Program-made: the position numbers and the translations under genes
Shown: positions 39,800 to 51,300 of the stretch, in pieces
How the letters are laid out: the number at the start of each line of letters is the position of its first letter
Position numbering within the stretch: the stretch's first letter is position 1
DNA from: Squalus acanthias
Taxonomy: Eukaryota
Direction of reading: 5' to 3'
NCBI GenBank assembly: GCA_030390025.1
Contig: CM059432.1
Coordinates: 139,812,001-139,876,000, forward strand
Length of the DNA stretch: 64,000 nucleotides
The notes under the pieces: generated by a model
The model's input: the letters and a program-made list of their open reading frames with translations, nothing else
What the model was told of the DNA's origin: nothing
Databases searched by the model: none

Positions 39800-40932
39800 C
39801 TTGCTGCAATGTTCCATCTCACCCTCAGTAAGCTCCCCGCTGGAGTGGAGCTAATTTACAGAACAAACGGGAAACTGTTCAACCTCTGTCGCCTCCAGTC
39901 CAGATCCAAGGTCGTCCCATCCTCTGTCGTCGAATTACAGTATGCAGACGACGCTTGCATCTGTGCATACTCGGATGTCGAACTCCAAACCATCGTCAAC
40001 ACTTCCACCGAAGTGTACGAGAGCATGGGCTTTACACTAAACATCCGTAAGACAAAGGTCCTCTACCAACCTGCCCCCGCCACACAGTACTGCCCCCCGA
40101 TTATCAAAATCCACGACGAGGCCTTGGACAACGTGGACCACTTTCCATACCGCGGGAGCCTACTGTCAACAAGGGCAAACATCGATGACGAAGCCCAACA
40201 CCGCCTTCAGTGTGCCAGTGCAACCTTCGGTCGCCTGAGGAAGAGAGTGTTTGAAGACCAGGACCTCAAACCCGGCACCAAGCTCATGGTCTACAGAGCA
40301 GTAGTGATACCCGCCCTCCTGTATGCCTCAGAGACATGGATCATGTACAGCAGGCACCTCAAAGCACTGGAGAGGTACCACCAACGCTGCCTCCGCAAGA
40401 TCCTGCAAACCCATTGGCAGGATAGGCGCACCAACGTCCGTGTTCTCGCTCAGGCCAACATCCCCAGCATCGAAGCTTTGACCACGCTCGATCAGCTCCG
40501 ATGGACGGGTCACAGCGTCCGCATGCCCGATACGAGACTCCCAAAACAAGCGCTCTACTCGGAGCTCCGACACGGCAACAGAGCCCCAGGTGGGCAGAGG
40601 AAACGCTTCAATGACACCCTCAAAGCCTCCTTGGAAAAAGTTCAACATCCCCACCGACACCTGGGAATCCCTGGCCCAAGACCGCACAAAGTGGAGAAGC
40701 ATCCGGGAAGGCGCCGAACACCTCGATTCTCTTTGCCGGGAGCAAGTGGAAGCCAAGCGCAAGGAGCGCACGTCAACCCAAGCACCCCACCCACCCGCCC
40801 CTTCAACCACCGTCTGCCCCAGCTGTGACAGAGACTGTAGGGTCCCGCATTGGTCTCATCAGTCACCTGAGAACTCATTTTTAATGTGGAAGCAAGTCAT
40901 CCTCGGTTCCGAGGGACTGCCTAAGAAGAAGG
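39800..40932 (+). mobile_element. 5'-truncated RTE-clade (BovB-like) LINE with 9-bp TSD
   Basis: ORF 39791-40828: QYADDA, LNIRKTKVL, LLYASETW, QLRWTGH, C-terminal CxxC..H zinc finger after a frameshift; (AAG)n tail; TSD ATGTTAGTG at 39791-39799 and 40933-40941. Confidence 0.93.
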
Positions 40933-42641
40933 ATGTTAGTGACCTCTCCATGCTCCAGATGTTAGAGACATCTCCATGCTTTCTGACCACTTTGCTGGGA
41001 ATACTAAAAGACAAATTTAGTTGGAGTTCCCTCCGTTATTATTTCCCCCTTTTACCTGATGTACCCAACTGAAACAGATAACAACATCGAGATGAAACCG
41101 GAGTTTAAACATTAGTCAAGATTTATACCCAGATCTCATTATATTGACAGGCTGCACCACTGTTCCTTGTCCTCCGCTCCCCTATACCATTTGATTTTTT
41201 TAAAAGTTTTATTATCTCCTGAAACTTACGTTTTTTTTATTCACATACCTCTATTTACAAGTTCAGAGAAACTCAACTTTCCAACATTAATTCTTGAATC
41301 TTGTGACAAGCAAGAATTAACATTACAGGATTGAGGTCCCTGAAATTTGTAAATAGAAAAATTTACATGTATCTTAAACTTAAACAGTTTTTATAAAGTA
41401 CATAACATTTTTGGTTATCTGCCCCCCAAAAAACGGCAATACCACGCTTAGTTAAAAGGAGAAAAATGCTTACAACACTGGACCTTCAGTGAATGACAAT
41501 CTCTTAAACTGGCCACCAGGAGATAGACCTGAGTGACATAATGGGACAAACCGGTGAGTCACCTTTTCCCAATGCAGACAAACTCACTTCTCTCTTGTCT
41601 TTGTGCATCCCTGAGAAAGCTTGAGTGTGGATGTCATCTACAAGTGCAACTCAGACTTGGGTCTCTGTTACTAGCACTGCAACTACTAACTGCTCAGTAA
41701 ACATGTTACCATAGTAAAAGCACTTTGTGACTGTAAACTACATTGTACCTTTAATCTCTCCACTACCCCTTCCAGTCAACTGGTAATGCGCTCCCATCTA
41801 AAACTACAAAATTCAAATGTGGCTTCCCGTTCCTTCACTTGCGCCTCCTTTTTTTGTCCATTGATGATTTATTGTAATTTTTCTTTTGATGGTTGAAAGT
41901 CAATATACAGTAAATACAATAAAATTTGATTTCTTAAAATAAAAACCTGAACAGTTCTAACCCATCTGTTGTGATTTTCTAAATATCTTTACAGTGTTTA
42001 AACCCAGTACATTTGTATTTTTTCCATCGTGATAGTTTCACATAAAAAGAGAAAAATAGTTGGTGAAGGAAGATTATGCAACACAAATCACTTAAGAAAA
42101 GTGCGGGGAGAGAAACAAAGGGCTCGATTTTTGCCAGCGCTCAGAGGGCGGGTTTGGAGGCGGGTCAGGTGGTAAAATGGCAAATATTGACGGCTGGTTC
42201 CGATCCCGCCGTGGAACCCGCCTCCGTGCAACTTTGCCAAAGGCGGGCTCACAGACTCCCGATCGGTCCCACCACCAAGCGGCAGGGATAGGCCCTTAAG
42301 GCAGTTTAACTGCTTGCTAACTGCCTGGATAATGCTATATTGACAGCGGTTTTAGATTTTGCAACTTTTTCTGCATGTTCCACGCCGTTCCCAAACCACG
42401 CCAGCTGATTGTGCCGGGTTCACAAGTGGCTGCCTTCTTCACAGCTGCAGCTCCAGCATAAAAATGGAGCTCTCAAAAGGCAGATGGCAGAACTTTGTTT
42501 TTTCAGGTCTTGGAAAACTTTTTGCAGGTCTACTGATCTTGGAAGTGGTGAAGCTGAGCTCCATCTCCATTATGACCTCCTGGCAAAACCCTCTCCCCAC
42601 ATTGACTGAGCGCTTCCTCAACTGAGATATCTACCAGCAGC

Positions 42642-43842
42642 ATGGGAACCATTTATTTCCTTTCATCTTGGTCCTCAGATTCGGAGGAAGAGCAGCCGCG
42701 GCAGCAGCAGAACTAGGCACAACAGCAGCACCAACCTCCTGCTCAGCCACCTGATGCTGCAGAGGGCGTTAGCGCAGGGCTGCACGTCGCCGCAGGAGAT
42801 ACTCTCAACACAGGGTTTACAGGCCGAGGATGATCTTCCTCAACATGACTGAACAGCAGTGCCAAAGGAGGCTGAGACTTTCGTGAGATGTAGTCGGTGA
42901 TATCTGTGCAATGCTGCACCAACACCTGGAGCCCAGAGGAGCCGGTGGACACCCCTTACCAGAGGCTGTCAAAGTCACCACCGCACTCAACTTTTTTGCT
43001 TCAGGGTCCTTCCAGGGCTCATCAGCAGACATCAGAGGCATCTCCCTGTCGGCCGCACACACTTGCATCACGCAGGTAACCGATGCCCTCTTTGCAAAGG
43101 TGCACAATTACATAAACTTCTCCACAGATGAAGCAAGTGTAACCGCGCGTGAGGTTGGCTTTGCAAATATGGCAGGCTTGCCAAGGGTGCAGGGCGTTGT
43201 AGACTGCACACATGTGGCCCTTAGGGCACCCCATCACAACCCAGCTGTTTTTGTCAACCGCAAGGGCTTCCACTCCCTTAACGTGTAGCTGGTGTGTAAC
43301 CACAGGAAGGACATTTTGCATGTTTGCGCGAAGTACCCTGGCAGTTGTCATGACTTGTTCATCCTGCAGCAGTCCAGTGTGCCTCCGCTCTTCAAACCGC
43401 CAACACAACTTACCGGATGGCTACTTGGAGATAAGGGCTATCCCCTGACGACGTGGCTGATGACGCCGTTGAGGAGGCCATCGAACTTAGCTGAGGAGCG
43501 CTACAATGCCAGCCACATTTTGACCAGATCCATCATCGAGCAAACCATCGGCTTGCTGAAGATGCGATTCAGATGTCTTGACAGATCAGGTGGAGCCCTA
43601 CAGTACTCGGCAGCCAGGGTTTCCAGAATCATCGTGGTCTGCTGTGCACTGCAAAACATCGCACAGCATCGTGGCTTGCAGCTGCCTGAGGAACAAGTGG
43701 CTCAGCGCATAGCCTCCTCAGATGAGGAGGAGGAGGAGGAGGAAGAGGAAGAGAAGAGCTTGCGGAGGCGGATGAGCCAGCTGCAGCAGCACGCGAGCAT
43801 ATTGCTGCCCGGGATGCAATAATCTTTGCCAGATTCGCTTAG
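42642..43842 (+). pseudogene. Harbinger DDE transposase (HARBI1-like), inactivated
   Basis: [63 protein letters not shown]; stops at 42714, 42884 and 43286 plus frameshifts. Confidence 0.93.
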
Positions 43843-44106
43843 GTAGACGAATCAAACATATGTGGCTGGCACCTTTTTATCACACCATGGACAAAGGAAT
43901 CCACAGGTTCTTGTCCAATCACTCTGACCACCATCGTTACAAATGCAAGTCACCCTGAGCCCTCAATGTGCAACTTCCATTTTCCAGATCACATAGGCCA
44001 GAACTTAAACTGTTTGCCATCACTTCTGTTTAATCAATGCACAAAAGGATGACAATGGTAAAAATTAAAGACAACACGACAGAACACCCAAGTGACTACC
44101 CTTGTA

Positions 44107-46285
44107 CTAATTGTGCTTTATCTTCCTCTTACGCGTGCTTCTACGTGGTGCTTCCCCTGTGGCTTCAGCAGATGTGGAGGCACCTTGCTCACTTTCATGC
44201 TGCTCCTGCTTCGACACCTTTGGCAGGCGTCCTCTGGGTTTGCAAGCCTGTGAGGGCTCGGCAACAGTCTGCTCCTCCTGCGTCTCTGCAGGGGCTGAGA
44301 CGCCCATCTCAGTTGGGTGAGGACTCTGGTAGGGCTCTGACCGAGGGCTACTCAGTGGCATGGGAGTGTGAGCGCTTGGAGAGGAGCCCCCACTTCCTTG
44401 TTGCCTGCCACCAACATCCCTCTCATGGGTCAGCCCCACTTCAGTGCTAGCAAGTGGCTTGACAGCACCTTGCTGCACATCAGGGGGGCCATGAGGACCC
44501 GTATCTGCACTGGCAGTCCTACTCAAAAGGACTTCCATGAAGGCTCTGGTTTCTCTGCTCAATAGCTGCCCATCGCTCCTCCAGAGATATCAGTCTATTC
44601 TGAACATTCACCATGTTTTCCAGACTCTGGCGACTTATTTCCTCCATGGCCGTAGCCATCCTCTCCTCTGCCGTAGCCATCCTCTCCTCTACCGTACCCA
44701 ACCTTTCCAGAGAGGTAGCCATCCTTACCATGAAGGTAGCCATCCTTTCCACGGAGGTTGCCATCCTTTCCGTGGTGGTGCGTTCATGCGCCATTGCCTC
44801 CACAAAGGCACTGCTCATGTTAGAGTTGGACTCCTCCATCCTCTCCACACTCGCAGTAACCCTGGAGACAGAACCTGCCAGAGACTCCTGCACTTGTTCC
44901 TGGAGTTCCAGCACCGCTCTCTTTCTGGATGGACCCGGAGGCACTCTGTCCACATGCAGCTGAGCAGAACTGGGAGTGCCCTGCGGCCTCCGATGAGGAC
45001 TCTCCATTGCTGTCCCTGTCTCCACCATCTGCTGATGCTCACTTGCGAGCTGTGATGCACCAGGTGACAACATAACTCTATGTGGCGAAGGTCCCACTGA
45101 GGTGTGCGTATCTGCGCTGATGCTGGGTGTGCTTAATTCTGCTGACGCTGCGCCCTCAGAGGTTGCAGGTTCCTCTGAGGTGTCTTCCGGCTCAAGCTCA
45201 GGCTCTTCCTCCTGGACAGTGGGGAGGGGGGCTGTCAATGGTCCTGTGGGGGAGTAAAGGCATGAGTTAGACATGTGATATTAACGTAGCATACACATGG
45301 AATTGTGCAGATGATCATAAGTCAATTTGTATGAGCATCAGATGCCATATCAGTCACTTATGCAATGTAAATGAGAGAGATGCAAATCTATTCTGTCACC
45401 AGCTTGCTCTGAGCAGATTGAGGCCAATTGTGATGTTATACTCACTTTTCCTAAGTGGACCAGGTCATTGAACCTTTTTCTGCACTGCACCCAGGTTCGA
45501 GTGCACATGGATCTGGAGTTCACCTCCTGAGCAATTTGCAGCCAGATTGCTTTTGTTTGCTGTGATGGCTTCTTCCGCCTGTCTGACCGTCCCCCACTTC
45601 CAGATCCTCATCGCCTCCAATGATCTCCAGGGCCGCCTCCTCAGCGTTGGTGAGATGGGCTATGGAAGGTGGCCCTCCTCCTGTCTTAACTCTCTCCCTC
45701 TTATTGTGGGCTCTCTTTTCCTGCAATGAGGGACACAAGTGGAGTTTGAGTGAGAATGATGGAGTGAGTGTAGAGAATCCATAGCATAGATGCTTAGGAG
45801 ACAAAGATGGAGTGAGGTGCCAAGACCAAGGGCCCTCCCTGTGCGTTGTTAGTTGCTGTCATAGCATCACTGTGATAGCATAGTCGAATAGTGAAGTGAT
45901 TGTGTACATAGAGAGAGAGGGATGGTTAAGGGTGCAAGGGATGTAAGGGTAAAGTGGGATGTGCAGGAGTAGGTTGACAATGCAGAGTGCTGGTGATGAG
46001 AGGAGATGGGGGGCAGATTGAGGCCAATTGTGATGTTATACTCACTTTTCCTAAGCGGACCAGGTCATTGAACCTTTTTCTGCACTGCACCCAGGTTCGA
46101 GTGCACATGGATCTGGAGCTCACCTCCTGAGCAATTTGCAGCCAGACTGCTTTTGTTTGCTGTGGTGGCTTCTTCCGCCCAGAGGATGGGAAGAGTACCT
46201 CCCTGTGCCCTCTGGCTCCCTCTACAAGAGCATGGAGGGAGTCATCGTCAAATCTGGGAGAGGCCTTGGCCCTTGAGTTAGTCAT
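44107..46285 (-). pseudogene. Harbinger Myb/SANT-like (trihelix) DNA-binding protein, 3 exons (46285-46046; 45720 to about 45580; 45243-44107)
   Basis: Exon 1 PRFDDDSLHALVE..WLQIAQEV..RTWVQCRKRFNDL with donor AAA|gtgagt; exon 2 NKRERVKTGGGP; exon 3 acidic region, coiled coil and terminal RRSTRKRK; frameshift near 44550. Confidence 0.88.
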
Positions 46286-47324
46286 GGCCACAGTTGTAAC
46301 AAGGAAATCCAGCAGCAAATAATGAGAGAATGAACCAAGGCTGCATGGGCCCCTTAAACGCAGCTGGCCCACAGACGTCAGCAGAGGCGAGTTCCAGACC
46401 CAAAACACTAATTGGCCAGGGGAGCGCACACGCAGGGACTCAACTGCCCAGTTAGGGCAAAATCGCAAATTTTTACTGGCTGAAAGCGGAGGCGGGACCA
46501 GGACCCGCTGACCACCTGACCCGCGCCCAACCCGCCACCAATGGGAAAATCGCGGCCAAAGACTCCACACCAAAAGAAAGTCAAGGAGGAAAAGCATACT
46601 GGAAAGATTTGGGAGACAACACTGCCTTTTGTCCCGTGTCATTAGAATAAAGATAGTTATACGCTTTTTTTAAATGAAAGTTAAAAGATTGGAATGGTTT
46701 GTTGAAGTTGGGAATTCTCTCTCTTAAATCAACTTCAAATGAAATACATTAAAAAGACTTCTAACTAGCAGTCTCTATACACTTCAGCTGATTGTAATTT
46801 GGCTGCAACAATTGTCATTTTTTTTAAGTGACTAATAAATTAACTTGAAACAAGACTATTTAATGACCTACAAGATACAACTAACTTTAAAAAATATATT
46901 TATTGTTGGACTTTTTAAGATGTGAAGTAAGCAAACATAAAAGGAGCACTGTCTTCTTAATAGTACCATTTATAACATATTACAAAAATACATCAATTTT
47001 AGTTCATCTGAATTATTAAAACAATTTTCTCTAATACATTTGTATTGAAAAATGTATTTCCACAATCTTGGCTACAAACATTTACTGACGACCTGTCCTA
47101 TATCTTAAGTAATTTACATCCAATTATACAGTCTCAATCTGAAAGATGTTTGTCGCAGAATTTGAGTGAGAAAAGGCTAATTTTGTTATTTTTAAAAGGG
47201 ATGTCATGTTGCCAAGCTGCGTGATGATCAGGTGATGGTGTGAGGCGATACTGGCGCAACACAATAGGAACAGGTTCACTTTTGACCTCTCTAATTCAGA
47301 TTGTTCAGTAGAATGTTGCCTTTT

Positions 47325-48300
47325 ATCATTTGTTCTTAGGACATGGATGTCGCTGGCGAGGGTCCATTTTATTGGCCATCCCTAGTTGCCCTGAGAAGGT
47401 GAGCTTTCTCTTTGAACTGCTGCAGTCCTGTGATGATGGTGCGCTCACAATGGTGTTCGGAAGGGAATGCAAGGATATTCATTCACTGAAGGAATGGCAG
47501 CGACATATGTCCAAGTCAAGATGGTGTGTGACTTGGAGGTAATGGTCGTCCCACAACATTGCTGCTCTTTTCCTTCAGATCAGAGGAGAGGGAAGTTCTG
47601 TTGGTGTAACTTTAGTGTGGGGTTGCAGTGCATCCTGCAGATCATACATACTACAGCGTGCTAGTGGTAGAAGGGATGGATACCGAGCAACGTTCCCTCT
47701 AAGCTGCGCAGATGCGCAGCTGTCTGCCGGGGACCGGCTTTTCAAAATTGAAATTTTGCGCATGTGTGAAACTTTAAATGGGCCGCGCACCCCCCCCAAA
47801 AATTAGGGGGAACATTGATACCGAGTCCAGTGGCATTGGGACCAATCAAAGAGAACTGCTCTGTCCTGGATGGTGGTGAGATTCTTGTGGTTGCTATCCA
47901 GGCAACTGGTGAGTATTCCATCACACTCCCGACAAGCCTTGTAGATGGTAGAGAGGCTTTGAGGGGGAAGGGTTGAGCCACTCATCAGAGTACCCAGCCT
48001 CTGCCCTACTCATAGACACGGTGTTGATATGGCTGGTCCAATTAAGCTTCTGATTAGTGGTGACCACCAAGAGGTTGATGGTGGGGACTCAGTGATGATT
48101 GTACTGTTGAAGATCGAGGGAGATGGCTGGGCTTTTTCGTTGAAGATGGTCACTACCTGGCACTTAGGTGGCATGAAAGTTACCTGCCACTTTTCAGCCC
48201 AAGCCTGGATGTTATCCAGGTCCTGCTGGAGGCTGTCACAGGCTGTTTCATTATCTGATGAATTATGAATGGATCTGAACACTGATATTGTCAGTGAAGA
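47325..48300 (-). mobile_element. Old 3' fragment of the 2468-5675 LINE family, interrupted by a hAT MITE
   Basis: LQQDLDNIQAWAEKWQVTF, QSLSTIYKA and the family 3'UTR. Confidence 0.8.
47688..47817. mobile_element. hAT-type MITE (130 bp) with 8-bp TSD
   Basis: TIRs CAACGTTCCCTCTAA / TTAGGGGGAACATTG; perfect TSD ATACCGAG at 47680-47687 and 47818-47825. Confidence 0.9.
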
Positions 48301-51300
48301 ACCTCACTTTTGATAAAGATTGTTGAGCCAAAGATGCTTCTCATATTGATCTAAAGCCATCTATCTAAAATATTGTCAAGCATGTGTCTGGGACACTTTG
48401 TTTTTCCTCTGCAACAATCTTTTTTTTAAAATAGAAAGTCAGTCACTTCCTGCTATTTTTTCTGACCTTGGGGAAGAGACTGAGATTTACAAGTAGTTGC
48501 CATGCTATAGAAAAACAATTACACTCTTAGTGATCTCAGGATATACCAAAGAGGAATCATGCTCTAATAGACCTCAGGATGTGCCTATTTACATTCCTTA
48601 GACCATGTGATCCTATAAAAACTACAGGCCAAAAAAATACATTTTTCATTAAAGGATATAATGTTCAAGTCCATATACTGTGAGCAACGCCATTGAAGGA
48701 GATCCATTTACTAAATAAATACAATGATGTAGGTGACTTATTAAAGCCATTGCTCATATATAGCCATTGTTAACACCAAGTCCTGAATACAAGTCTCATT
48801 AAAATGTACTAAGACATAGACCTATTGGAATTAATTTGGTTTCTAAATGCCACAAAGGTTTTTTAGAGGATGTAGTTTAATTGACTTGACAGATTAGTGC
48901 TTACACCATTTCTGCAAAAAAAGTCTCGCTATTCTACATCTCTTTGCCTTAGCACAAAGGAATTAGACCGTTGATTCCTGTTACAAGAATTCCACATGAA
49001 CCCTGAAGGTAAAGGGCTAAACAACACGAAGCTGCAAAAATAAATTTGAAATACAAATAGATAAAAAGGCTAGTTTACTAACACAGTGCCATCTTTCAAG
49101 AAGTAAACTACAACAAGCCTTTAACAATGCATCAAATTATTGAACTCTGAAATAATGAAACAGAGGGTGCAGCTTGTGCTATGCTGGTCCAATATTATAA
49201 ACTCAGAACACTGAGGTAAAGTACTACTAACCATGGGCAGTTATAGAATTGTCCAAAAAGCATTATTTAGGCAATTTGAGAGGAACATTTTGTGCAATGT
49301 TGTATTAGGAAAATAAGAGCACTAGGAGTGAAGCTTTAGTGTGACTGTTGTCAAGGCAACAATAGATGTACTGTAATTTGAAACTATCTAAACCCACACA
49401 ACCTAGCACACACTATCCCCTTTTCATTCATCAGCCTTCTTAAAACTCAGTGCTAATAGCAGCAAACCTGAATGTTCATTTGCATTTCTTCCCCTCTGAA
49501 AGTGTGAAAACTTTTAAACTTATTTTAAACAGCTGATAAAAGATGTCAGATCAAAGGATTTTATTAATAGGGATGGCTCTGGCTTATGTTAAATGTACAA
49601 TTATATTTATGTAAACTACATAGTAATGTTTCCACACCTATTGTGCATCTTGGAGAACTAATAGAAGTTGACAATTCTTACTGGTACAAATGAAGATGTA
49701 AAAATGTGATCTGTAGCCCCACCATTTGCTAGATGCAGGCAGGTGATTTGAGACAGAAACTGTTTATCATCAGCACAGAATTTTTTTTGAAGACTGCGTA
49801 GATGTAAAGCTGCGAAACCCATGAGCAGATCGGGTGAAACTGAACCAGCAAAGCAGTGACTTCATACTTATGTGACAGGTTTTTGAGCTACTGAAAAACA
49901 TGACAGCCTGCCTGCTACACCTGAGATGGGTTTAGTCAGTTATCAGCCAGTGAACTCAAAAGGGTCAGCTGAGATGCAGTGAAACAAATAGCTAAACTGG
50001 GAAGACAGAGAAAGTAATTAAATCTTATTTTTACTATTGAAGGATCCTTTTCAGCTTTTAAAATAAAACCACAAGCTTTTCTGTCACACAACCTCTGCAA
50101 AAGAACTTTCTGGGAGTTTCTTATATTGGCTTTTATAAAGTAGAAAAAAAGGCACCAAAATTATTTCATATCCTGACTTTAAAAAAAAAAAATTAATTTA
50201 AATTCAATAATGCCACTACTGTAGTTAAGAGAAATGTCTACTAATTAACATGCTTTCAGTTTTCAACAGTGACAACGTGAGTACATTCAGATCGTCATGG
50301 CTAGTCATTGTCACAGTTACCTATTAGCATATTGCAATGCTATATATAATAAAAACATGCAGACAAATGTTTCAGAAAGGCTAAGTACAGAGCTGGCCAC
50401 AGCCCAGCAAGCATTTTTAAAAAGTGGGGGAGGGGAGAAGAATGTTATTGTCTTTGGACTCCCTTATCCAGAATACCAAAAAAATCTCCAAACTGAGACT
50501 CGGAAATATTGCGAGTTGCAGAGAGGAGAAGCAGAGAACAAGTTTATTAAGAGGGGGTGGATAATTAACTCCAAGTCTTGCGCTATTTTATCCAAAGATA
50601 AACAGCGGAGAATGTGTTTACAGAGTTGTGTTGGATGGCCACAAATATAAAAAATAAAACCCATTCGTTAGAACTCAGGTTTCCAGATTTTGCAAAAGCA
50701 ATGACATCAACACCCTGACCCTTTTCGAGCTTCACTAAATTCACACAAATCATCCATTTCAGCAGGAAGTATTAGTCACCAAGCAGCATGTAGATGATCA
50801 AACAAATGTATCAGCCTTCTTTAGAAAACAAGGAGATGTTTAAAAAGTTGAAGGTATTACATTCATTAAGAAACAAAATTACTTTTGCAAGAGTAGTTAA
50901 TTACAGTTTAAAAAATACACTGTAGGCCAGGAAAGAGGAAAAGGCAGGTCTCACAACCTTGTATCTTGCTTTGGTTTCATTCCATCTGCTGCACCCTCAA
51001 AAACCCCCAACCAGATATAAACACACACAGTAACCCCCATTTTTACTGCTTACAATTTTTGACTGCTTGTCACTACAAAATTTGCTTTCAGTAGAAATGC
51101 TTGATATTGCTAAGGATATCCAAAAACAGTAAATATGGAGTTTATAGATTATAAAACATGTCACATGCAAATAATGGGATATCTTCCAGTTGCTCTCAAC
51201 CAGAAAGCTATACATTCATTCCAGTTAGAACTTGAACTAAGCCCTCAATTCACACCATACAGCTACAAATTCATGTTGTGAATGCACAGCCAATTTGTAA

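Larger units (their letters stand above)
42120..46557. mobile_element. Full-length decayed PIF/Harbinger DNA transposon
   Basis: Imperfect TIRs GGGCTCGATTTT / AAAATCGCGGCC with shared subterminal GCGGGTCAGGTGGT; 3-bp TSD AAA; convergent transposase and Myb genes. Confidence 0.93.

Noticed and set aside
42642..43842. Domesticated host gene HARBI1
   Set aside because: It has multiple stops and frameshifts and lies inside TIRs/TSD with a partner Myb gene, so it is a transposon copy.
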